Of a stretch of DNA of 64,000 nucleotides, positions 50,401 to 62,400 are shown in pieces. Positions within the stretch are counted from its first letter, which is position 1. Each line of letters starts with the position of its first letter. This stretch comes from Botryllus schlosseri (taxonomy: Eukaryota): the NCBI GenBank assembly GCA_051294905.1, contig CM119374.1, positions 20,832,001-20,896,000 on the forward strand. The letters are read 5' to 3'. A program made the translations under genes and the position numbers. The notes below the pieces were generated by a model that worked only from the letters and a program-made list of their open reading frames with translations, made no database searches and had not been told where the DNA came from.

Positions 50401-53400
50401 TGGTTTTCACATAGTAGCTGGTAGCGGTGTTGACTGCGGCCCAGGACAGGGAGATGCTTGTCTCGGACGCACTTGAGAAAGATAAAGTCGGGGAAGTCGG
50501 CGCTGCAAATAAGACAACCCCATCGTTACAGTGACAAATAACACATTGCGGGAACACACTTCAATTCGCAACTTCGCAGCGTATATTTTCTGATCGCAGA
50601 AGCATTGATTGGATAGTGGTATTATTAGTATGCTGGTTACATTTTTTGATTGGTTCCAAGTAATTTCTGTATTTGTGACATTCTTTTCATAGTCAACTGA
50701 CGTATTTTGGGAATGTGTGACTCCTTTTTCAGCTTAATTTATGATGCTGTGGAACGGGGTAGGAAACATGAAGTTTGTAATGTCTTATTGTTATTGTAAA
50801 GTAAAATATGCATGGCGTTTCTTATGTGACTGTTTGCTAGTGCTATTATTGTATAGTAGAGCGATATTTAAATATACGCGGTATATTCTTAGATTTTCGA
50901 TTCATTTTTATACATTTCTCAAATTATGGGCATCAAGAATCTATATTTTGGGTCATTAGTGAAATAAATCAACTCTCTCTCTCACAATATATACGTTCAT
51001 ACACAAGGCCATGGTAGGATAACCCAAGTCTGACAGTAAGCAGTGAAAATACCTGTACCAGACAAAGGCCATGAAAACACCGTACCAGTTATTTGAGACA
51101 CACCATCCGTGGTAAAGCTGCTCTCCCCTGATTCGTAAAAAGAGGATACGGAAGCGCTGTACGTCGCCGACACTTGTAAGTTGCAAAACAGAGCTGGTGA
51201 TGAATCGACAGGATTGTAGAGAGTCTGGAACATATTATAGTAGAGTTGGAATTCTCAAATATAACGTAACATCCATGAGACATTTAATTCGACATCTAAT
51301 TGGCGTTTCTAAAAGGCACTATTTTAGAAATACCTACCATCCTTCCCAGATTATAGCTCAATATGCAATTGAATAATATAATATTATTGAAATAAACACA
51401 AATATTTTTGCCTGACACTCAACAAGGGTAACCGTCATCACCTAGTAGACAACTGAGAAAAGCAACACCTTGTGAGAACACTATGCTGATACCAAATAGA
51501 CTAAAGTATGTGAAAATTAGGAATGATCAATCAAGAACGCTTTGGTCTCAGTGTAACAGCATTATTTGGCTTAGTACTTCCGTAAAGAGACAGCAGATTA
51601 TAGCCTTACCTGGTCATTGCTAGTCAGCGTTGCATTGAACGATTTTGCAAACGAATTGGCATCCCAATGCACTTCCAAACAACTTTGATTGACCACGGAT
51701 ATTCTGACGTTTGTTGGTGGCGGAAGCACTATGAAAACATGAATGTAACATGTAAATGGGTCAATTATTTCATGAAAATAAACCAAAAACCTTACCAGTG
51801 TGGCAATTGGTTATGGCCACCGATTCCCCAGAGCCAACATCGTTACTTGCTGTCACAGTAGCGTTATAAAGGCGTCCTGTTTCGACCTGGCACACCTCGG
51901 CTTCTGGTATGGTTTTAGTCACATTGATAGCGACAGCTGCTGGATCTTGATGGGTAGTAGTGATCGCGTAGTTCGTGATTATTTGATCGGACAGCGTCCA
52001 TTCGAGTTTGAAGCAAGTCGCACTGACGGCTGCGCATCGCGCGCCAGTTACTGGGCCCGGCACTGTTGTGATAATAGATTTTTATCATTTTCAACCACAG
52101 ATATCCATCAAAACATCGATGATAAAAAACAGCTAAAGTTAGGATTTTAAAAATATTCGACTTTTTGAAAATATTCATTTGATTACATTCCAGACATTTA
52201 TTTTCTACTTCACTTGAAGGAAATTTGAAGTGTCTTCTAAATCGGTATTTCTGTTTGTACTCGAGTAGAGATTTATGCCGTTACTTTTACTTCAACTCAA
52301 AGATCACCTCAGTCTAAACCATATCGATTGAAAGGACTATAAGTCAAATCTGGACATGGACACTGGACAGTCAGTTATTAATATTCTTTAAAGCACTTTA
52401 GACTCATAGAGCGAACAATTACACCTTTATAATACAGAGAATGTATATACAAACAGACCTGTAACTTGTACGGCTTCAAAGTACAGCTCAGATCGACCAA
52501 GCACCGGTAGCACGACATTCACTTTAAGCTCGTAAGATGTTCCTGGGCTGAGTCCTGCGAAGTTTCTGGTCGTAACACTCTGAAAATTGCGTACACACGA
52601 CTTTACTGTCATTACCATCTGTAATGGTAGGACTATCGCAATGCACCCGTATCTAAGTCTCGATTGTTATCTGATAAAATGATTCCATTGTAGTACGGTT
52701 AGTTTTCAAATACTGGAGAAGACAGAAATATCTCATATCCCAATCTACCAATCTACGTTGCAGATAACTGTGATATTTTCACTGACAACTTATTTGTAAC
52801 ACTAACCCATACCATCACGTGCATCGTGAAACAAATGAATTAGACTCTTAACGCAGGGGCCATGATAATATTTAGGCTGAAAAAAATAGGGGCACCATTG
52901 ATTTATAAAAAATTTTAAATGGGGCCACACGGTGTGAAAAAGGTTGGGAACCCCTGCTCTAAGGGAACTTGAATTGTTTGTAACAGAAATGATCACCATT
53001 TTCATTCGTCGCTCAAATGAGCTCTCGCTCAGATATTCTCTCACAATTTTCAAGACAACTTGCAAATAGTTGAAATTACGAAACGAGCAGGTTCACAACA
53101 ATACAAGTGAGAATGAACAAGTAAAACTTACATCTATGACAGGATCAGCAATAAATGGATTGCTGGAACTGATGTAATTCGGCACACCCTGAATCGCCGT
53201 CCAAGACATGGATATTGACTGCGTAGTCACGTCAGATATCGAGTACACATCTAGAAATTGTTAACACCATTAGACACATTCCGGAACGTCGAATCACCAC
53301 ACGGTTGTTATGCTTACTTGACGACACACTGGCAGAATATACACTTGGTGCTGAAGTATCAGTTCTGTACGCGACCGATACCTGATACGGCGTACCAATC

Positions 53401-56400
53401 GGGTCGGACGGAATATGGAAAGTGGTGGAAGATGTCTCGCTTTCCTGCGGACTGCCGTTGTCGTATCGAACGATGTAAGTCACTGCTGTGCCGCCTTGCA
53501 GCACGATTGCGTCATACGCGACATCCATACCGTCTTTTGTAATATTGTACAAAGTCACTCCTGTCACCGTGGACACTGTGAATGATAGTTACCAAGCTCG
53601 AGGTTATCCACAAGTCTACTTTTTAAATATACTTTATCAAATAATGTTTTCTTATGGAATAATACCAGAAAATTTTTGACTGTCAGGTGTAATCATCAGC
53701 AACTAGTAGAGATTTCAAAAGTACTTTGTATGCCAACAGTCGTGTGACCAAAATTCGATGTCACCGGCACACAAATTTTAAGAATTGAGGCAAACAGATG
53801 GCTTGGGCTCAAATTACAATTTTTAGATTTCACACAAACTGCTTCTGCTGGCACAGCTTGTGTTAGTGGATTTTGATTAAAGTCGAATACAAGGCACAGA
53901 AATTGAAGCATGAACGGCTTCTCTCGACAACATCTAGATAATTTTTTGCACTAATAGAATTATCCATTAAATGCTTGCCAATGTTCATAGTCGTAGCCTG
54001 CCATTTTATCGAGCTTAACTTGTCCTTTCTTCATATTTCATCACTTAATAAGTTCATAAAATGAAATAGGAAGGGAAATGAAGTAGTGTTTCAGGCACCA
54101 CATACGGTCATTATCGCATTATGATGGTTATCTGAAATGGTTTAACTCTATGCTTTTCATGGCAGCCTTTGTGATTTATCGATGGATATCTTAGGAAACG
54201 ATCATCACCGCACCCTATTCAGGGTTATAATCCAATCGACTGTGACAATTGTAACCATTAGCACAAACAGTAAGGAGTGTATTTAGAAGCACGGTAATGT
54301 GCTTTTGTAACATAGCAACGAAGGTGGTGAAAGTAGTGATTAATGACTTTAGTGGAGCAGAAGCAGTGTCTTTCACGAAGGAAAAATGTTTGATTTGAAA
54401 GCTAAGTAGGTATGTCACTGGAAAATGAAGATAGGAGTGAAGCAACAATAATAATTTTTGTCAATGACCTATCACAACTGATACAATTTTAGGTAGCATC
54501 TTCATAACTACGGCCAAATGAGTAATAGTAGTATAAAATGCTTCAATTTCACACCATTTACACTCTTCTGATAAAGTGCATGTATAGCTGGCGGTTGTGA
54601 TAACCTTGCTTCTAATAGTGACGCAAAATCATCCACAAATTAAATTCTGCTGAATCAAATTTCAAATTACTAAATGAAGTATTTGACTTAGAAGACTTTC
54701 AAAATAGAATTGAAGCTGAAAATGAAGCTTTTTGACTAAATTGAGTCAGTGTAACCACCAATTTACACAGACATATTTGTTACAGACTATTGATGTTTGT
54801 ATGCCTACGTCAAATACACACCGAGAGTAATAGTCACAGTTTCCGCACTCCCAGTGACACCGTCAACTTCCGGCGTCACGGACACTAAGTAAACATTTCC
54901 CGATGCGACGTTCGTGATATCTTTCACGAAGATGTTATCGCTGATTTCACTGGAGAGCACAGACACTGATGTCGTATCTGTGTCATTTAACGTGATGTGA
55001 TACGCTGATGCTCCTGACACAAATCCAAACTGGACTCTAATACTCGAGCTGCCAAGAGCTGTCACGGTCAAACTTGGTACTTTCGCCACTGCAAAAAAAA
55101 GTGAAATTGATTTCATAATGACCTCGAGTATGTGCATTGTACACTTTCAAGTCTAAATTCATTCAATTTCGACTGGATAAATAGTTTTGGTATTGCAATC
55201 GATGCACTGGCATGCCCCCTCATCGCCTGCCCCCTCTTTGATAAGTCTGTAAGCTATTTCTCATTGAGCATACCTGCCTCTATTTAGGATGTTATATTTG
55301 TAGGCCAAGGTGGGAGTTTGACTTCATCAAATCGCAATACTTGTGGTATTTTTAATCGATGGAAATTTCAACTACAATAATGATGACAATCCAATCATGA
55401 GGAACTACGGTGAAATACACTGATTCAAGGTAACATACTGATGTTGCAAGATTGTTATAACATATCAAAAAAGGCAGACATTTCATATCTTACGGACATT
55501 TCTTTTAAGTAGTAACTGATGCACAGCATAAATTGCAAGGAGTCAATTACAATAAGTACAATCAGTTTAGCTTGGTTACACCAAAATATTCTATCCAAAA
55601 GCACTCCTGGCACGTCAAGGTTTCAATAAAATGACATTCGATCTCAAGATGTATATTTCCATCAAAGACAGTAGTTCCCAAAGTGGGCGATATCGCCCTT
55701 ACATCGAAATTAGCTTCACCAATTGAACTTGTTCATGAATTCTCTGACAATATTAGGTAGGCAAAAATTAGTATCTCAGCATCAAAAACTCTCGAACGTG
55801 AAGCAGTATACACAAAATACTACTTGAGTAAGAGAAATAAGTAGATAAGACCTACTTGAGTCCTAGGATAGAAGTACTTTGTTCCCGATGACCTATACCT
55901 TTTAGGGGGGGGGGATAAAGACAAGTCGATCTTAATAGGGATGCAATGAGCGAAAAAGTTTGAAAACCACTGATCTAAGATACAGTTTGTGCTTCTGTGG
56001 TTCAAGGGCAAATAACTTAAGAATTCTTACATGTGGTGACGGTGACTGAATCGCTGAAACCGGTGATCTCAGGCACTGTTCCACCCACGCTTATGAAAGC
56101 TTGCACTCGAACGGAACACCTGGTATTCGACGTCAAGTCTGACACCGTAACTGTTAGGCCCGGAACATTGTAACTTTGCGATACATTGCCGCATTCCACT
56201 GTGAAAGAAAGCATATTTGTCTAGAGGGGAGATGACACGGTAGGATAATCTAACGAGAGAGACTGCGGTTGGAGTCTCAGCTGTAGCACATTTCCAAGTG
56301 TTATATAAACTAAGTTACCATTTCGCTACAGATCACCTCCAGTAGAAGAAATATTCGAGTATGGTCTGAGAGTTGATTTTAATAATCATACTGGGGACTA

Positions 56401-59400
56401 AAAATTGTAAATCAAATCAAATTATTCCAAAATAATTATCTTGAATAATATTCGTGATGGAAGATTCAATTGCATAATCTGCGTTAAACACTGTAAATTA
56501 TGTTTCATTTCAACACTAGTTCACCGAGCTCCAATGATCTCTTCAGATGTTGATATCATATCCTGAATTAGATGGAATACAATATATACCAAGGCATTTC
56601 AACAGATATAAATCTCTATTAATTCCTCTGTAGGCGTTACTTTTGGCTTTTCAGATCACTGACAAGATGATATCAAGATTGAAGTACATTTAGAGCCACA
56701 AGATATCTAAACATGATACGTGCAAGTAGTGCACCAACACCTTAACACCACGAACACTCGCAAAGTAGTGTACAACGACTAGTGCTTGCGATCTTTGAAT
56801 TCATATTTCTCCACTAGCTATTGTGGTGGCAATACATTATGCATAAAGTTATAAATTTTTCTCATATAGTATTCGGAGGCAAGATCTGTAAGCCGGACCA
56901 TGCTATTAAAAAGTAACTGCGGTAATGATTTAAAGTTGTACATACCTAGTGAAACATATTGGATTGCCGAATTCACTTGGCTCCAAGAAATATCAAAGCC
57001 GTTTGCAGTAGGATTTGAGACGCTGACTGTCGGTGGTGCTGTTGTGCTCGTGCTTACTGGTAAGAAATCATAATTATATTATAGCAAAACCATATATCAT
57101 ATCTGTATGAAATATTACGGCTATGCTGCAATAGCCGTACACTTCAAATAATTCATTCATTCATTATACCAGCATTAATAACTAGGGTTGGGCACAATGA
57201 TTTGAGTACTCGAATCTGAATCGAGTATTATTGTTTATGATTCGAGTCGAGTAGTAAAAGACGATTTTTTCGGGTACTGAAATTATACGCACCTCGGAAC
57301 TGAAAGTTAATTTACTAACGAGAATTTAGTTTTGATACTATTTTCCACTGAGAAAGCCTTGAAACCTTGATTGGCTGTGTCGCAGCGTACGAGACATAGT
57401 ACAAAGCTATGAATGTTAGCAGAAACAACACATTTCCGAAGTCATGATCATCTCACAACATTGTCAAGAAGTGCATTTAAATCAGTACAGTCGAAAAAAT
57501 ACCGATGTATCTTTATTGCGACAGAAAAAATACCGATGTATCTTTATTGCGACAGAAAACAGGCATTATGTTCTTTGCGGTGGCAAAAAGGGTACATATT
57601 TGAACTTTGACACAGTATATTCTGTTGTGTCGTCATAATGTGTGATACTCGAATACTCGAATCAAAGCGTAATACGTGATTCAGAATCGAATCACTCAGG
57701 TACTCGATCTTGCCCAGCCCGAGTAATAACACAATCGCGATCCAAGTTTTGCTGACAACCCGCACTCATATCAGTTACACAACTGACAACTACATATTTA
57801 CAGTGTTTGTTGAACAGATCAACAACAAGTATTGATAATAGCGTACAAACAGTACTATAATGTTGACGTGTGGATTTTTACCTGATCCAGCTTCTCCATC
57901 TGTCAAAGTAGCAGTGCTTATATCTAACGTTGATGCAGAATTCTTTTCGCCATCAAAAATAGCTCCCGTGCTTCCGGAACTGAAAATATCAGATAACAAA
58001 TAGTTTTGACAAATTCATTGATATTTCGCCTACACGACAGAGCAGCAACATATCGAAATAAAGGACAATGAACTTGCAAATCACAATAACGATCGTATAA
58101 CTATTCAAATATCATAGAGTCATGTATTCAAGCTTACTAAAATCCCACGATGGTAAGGGTGGTGTACAGCCCCGGGACGGCTGTTTCGATACGCTGTTGA
58201 CACGTGATTGAGACTTCAGAGAAATAGGGATGGGACCGGTCCAAGAGGCTGGTGTTGTAGGTTATGTCGGTGAATCGAGCAAAAATGCGTTCCGTGGGTG
58301 ATTCTAAGAACAGTAAAAATTTTATTTATAAAGTAGTAGAGAATAATAACCGAACTGATTACAATAGATGGCAACCTGAGTATCCATATGTTTGTCAGCA
58401 AATTTTGCCAAGAAGAATACTATGGGTATGGTTAAATGATGTCACCGCAATACACGGTATAAAATGAGCATCGTTACCTCTGAAGGAATTCAAGTGTGAT
58501 GCTTTATATCATAAATAATGCTAAACTATGTATTTGATACCATGTAGTAGGCAGATTACTATCACTTGCACTGACAATATCAGGGGCATCCTTGAGTTTT
58601 CCGCATATTTGGGTAGTTTATCAGGTAGTTCCTGGTACAGAACTAGAGAATTGCTTTCATCACAACATCCATTACAAGAATACATTTATTATAACTTGAA
58701 GACTTTCCGGGCGCTTCTCATCAAGGGTTTTCGGCACGATGAAGGGATTCAAGAAGATTCCCAAGTGAACACAAATATCTGTACCAGTCAAAATTATGTA
58801 CCATGAAATTCACTTCATAACAACGAAAAAGGGAAGCTTTGAAATACACAGTATAACAATGACAACGGTGAAGGTAAAAGCAACAGACAACATACACATA
58901 ACAAAACAAAATAACGGGAGATTTGTAAGTTATACAAGAAGAATATTTTTAGGGTTACGCAAACTGAGGTTCATTTACTGACTAATTGTTGATTCCAACA
59001 ACGAAACCCAAGTTTGCCAACAACTCTTGATAATAGGCACCCAACAAGTCTTCGAGTTATGATAAATGTATTTTTGCAATGAATGTTGTGATGAAAGCAA
59101 TTTTGGGTAGATTATTATACAGATATATTGAATATGGGAGCTGGGAAACAGAGTGCTGGGATTTTTTTTCAAGGCACTAGACGCGGAATATTACTAACAT
59201 GAATTTCATTAAAGTTGGTTAAATTCAAACGACCCTAGCCCACGTATCCGAAATAAGTACTATGGCGGATTGTGTGATGGAATGTTTTTGTCAAAAGCTC
59301 ACCGCAGAGTGAAAAAAGATGAACGAAACCGTCCAAGTAGGTACACAAGCCAGACTAAATATATTCGAGTATCGGCCGCATATGTACAATATGTACATTC

Positions 59401-62400
59401 TACATGTCTTACTTGTTGTTATTGTCAGTGCTTCACTTTCATTTGACGATACCGCACTCGTATTGGAGAGTGTCAGTATCCGCCCGGTTACGGAATAAGT
59501 CGTTCCAGCAGTAAGGTTACCGAACTCAACATTGACACCTGATGTGGTTTTGGTATCAAGCAGTCCTCCGGTGGCATTATACAGCTTAAACTGGTAAAGC
59601 AATACACAGAAAATCAATATTGGCAAGCTACCACATCCAGAATGATTATTTTCAGCATCGCAACTCAGGGTTGTAATGACTCGAGTCACGATTTGACATG
59701 AGTCATTTTTTCAAATGCGTAAAATGACTCGACTCGAGTCATTGTGGACTACTAGAACCAAGTCATATGACTCGAGACTAGGATGGCCAAGACAGAGATT
59801 TCTTACTCAGCCAGAGTTTTGTAGTAAATAAATGAAGTTTGGATATATTTTTCAAATTACCGCTAGAAGTTCCAGTTGATTATGTCACATTTTGATATCG
59901 GGTTCAATGACAAAAATGTTATATCAATCACTTGGAGGTGGTCAAAGTAATCACTGTTGGTACCCAAGTTAAAGTTGAAGTAAGGTCATAAATTTCTAGT
60001 CAAGTAGGGGTAGAGGTAATGATTTTCAAGTAAAAAAGTAAGTAACCTTCTACGGATATTGTTGCCTAAAAATCGAAAACTGAGTAGAGAATAGAAGTAG
60101 AAGAAAAATTAGTCTATGATCACAACCACTTAAGTAATTACTTCAAATAAGCGAAATCTACTTGAGCATTTTCATTTTCGTTGTTATTGACAACCACGGG
60201 ATATCGGTCGGGCTCTCAATTCGATAGTCTTTAACGGTAGTCAATATGGCACATAGGCTGCACATCATGGCATTAAGAGTGTTCGTCATTGAAATCATTA
60301 GAGTACCTCATAACTGCCAAAGCTCCCTTTCGGTTGAAGCTGGACAATGAATCCCATTTCAAAAACTGAGACTTGTACCGGCGCCGCGAGAATTTCTATT
60401 TCCGAACAGAGGGTGTTGTTAAATTATTCAGGTAGCAAACTCAAATTCAATGTTACCTAGGCATAAGTCCGTTCCGACCCCTTGATATCCAGCTTTGCAG
60501 CTGCATGAGTAATTTCCTGCGGCGTTGGTACAGTCGCTGTTGCTCACGCAGTCATTGGCGTATCCTTCCTGGCACTCATCAATGTCTAAATTGAATTTGC
60601 GACATTTCTGGGCACTTTGGGAAACGATGCACATTTTCGGAATACTTGATCAGTAAAACATGTTTAGAGAAGATATTGTCAGATATAGCTTACACGACAA
60701 CCGATCATAAGTACCCTATGGATGCCCGACGGAAAATTTAGCAGAGAGAAGCATGTCAATGTCAATGACGCTACTTGGTAAATTATACTTATACTTGAAA
60801 TTCTCAAATCACACTCGGAATTAGGTATAGACTTTCAGATGATAGAATTAGGCTTCAATCTTATGCTACAAAGACTGTTTTTAATACAAGGCTTTTAAAG
60901 GTTCGGTGGAAGAAGATACTGGAAAAGGTAGAATCATATTTAAACAAAGACTGGGTGCCAGTGTTTGTTTTGGTGGTTCCATCAGCGTAGTGACATCAAG
61001 ATATCTGAACTTTGGAATTTAGGAGGGCCATAGTGTCTTCAGTTTATAGGCCCATTCCGTAGCTTTAATCGATATTCACATAATAAAAATACAAAGGCAA
61101 AGGTGGCAACAGGTTTTCTGTGAGAGAATTGCGTTGATCTAGAAAATAGTGACTTTCAATTTATTGGACCATTCATCTAAGGCCCCAAGCTGAAAATGAT
61201 ATTTAATCGGAATAGACACATTGAAAGCCTACAATCTTTCTATTTAAATCTTGAGCGCAAATGTGCTTATTCCAAAATCATCAATATCTTTTAAAATCCT
61301 TAACACTTACCATCCCAATTTACTTAAGTAAGCTACTCATTTTGAATTCAAATTATCCAACACAAATTTACCTGAACACGTGCGTCCAGTTCCTGTGTAT
61401 CCGGAGCGGCAATTACAATCATAACTCCCGTCGCTATTGGCACATTGCGCTTCCGAATGGCATTCGTTTGAAGTGGACTGGCATTCATCGACGTCTGTAA
61501 AATTGAGCAAACGGTCGTATAGGTGAAAACTCCAAAAATTGGTTCAGGTTTTCATATGCTATAAAACGACAGGAACGATACAAAATCCAATAACTTTGCT
61601 TGTACTGGTTAGAATTGCGCCAAATTTTTTGTGCATCGTTTTTTTCAGACACTTCTAAAATTTCATAGGGTAGCCAGTGAAATTTGAAGAATTTATCTAT
61701 TTATTTTCATTAAATATGGGCAACACCTTTTTTTATCTTATAGCAATGTCTCTATAGGTTGGAATTGCACCAAAATTGGTGTGCATTTTTAGGTAACATA
61801 CCAATTTTATCAAGTAGTCAGTACAATTTAAAAAAGTCGTTTTGGAACCGCCCTAATGTACAATCTTTGAAGATATATTCAGACGTTGTGGTACAGGGGC
61901 TATTCCATGCCGTTCTTATGACTATACCGCGCGTAAAAGTGATGGAAGCCTGCACTAAAACCACTTTCAATTTTTTAAACATTTATATTCGTTGAATAAA
62001 TGATAAAGACTCAAACCTGTGCAAGACTCTCCGTTTCCAGTATATCCAGTGTTGCAGTTGCATTCATAACTTCCAATAGTATTCACGCAGGCAGCGTTGG
62101 AATCACAATTATTATTATTTCCTTGGCATTCGTCAACATCTTAAGTAATTTAGATTACAGATGAGTTGTATCGTATTCATGATAGCTAAAATTCATCAGT
62201 TGTTATATCATACCGATATATCATTATCGTGAAGCACCATATTTCCAATAAATTTGATAAATATGATTGGTCAGACTAGCTCCTTTACCATGTTAATAAG
62301 ACTGGGAAATCTAGCAAGGCTGGATTCGTTTCTGATGCTTTATCTGCCTGTGTATATATGTAGGCATAATCACCAGCCATCTCCTGGGTTATTGATTTGT

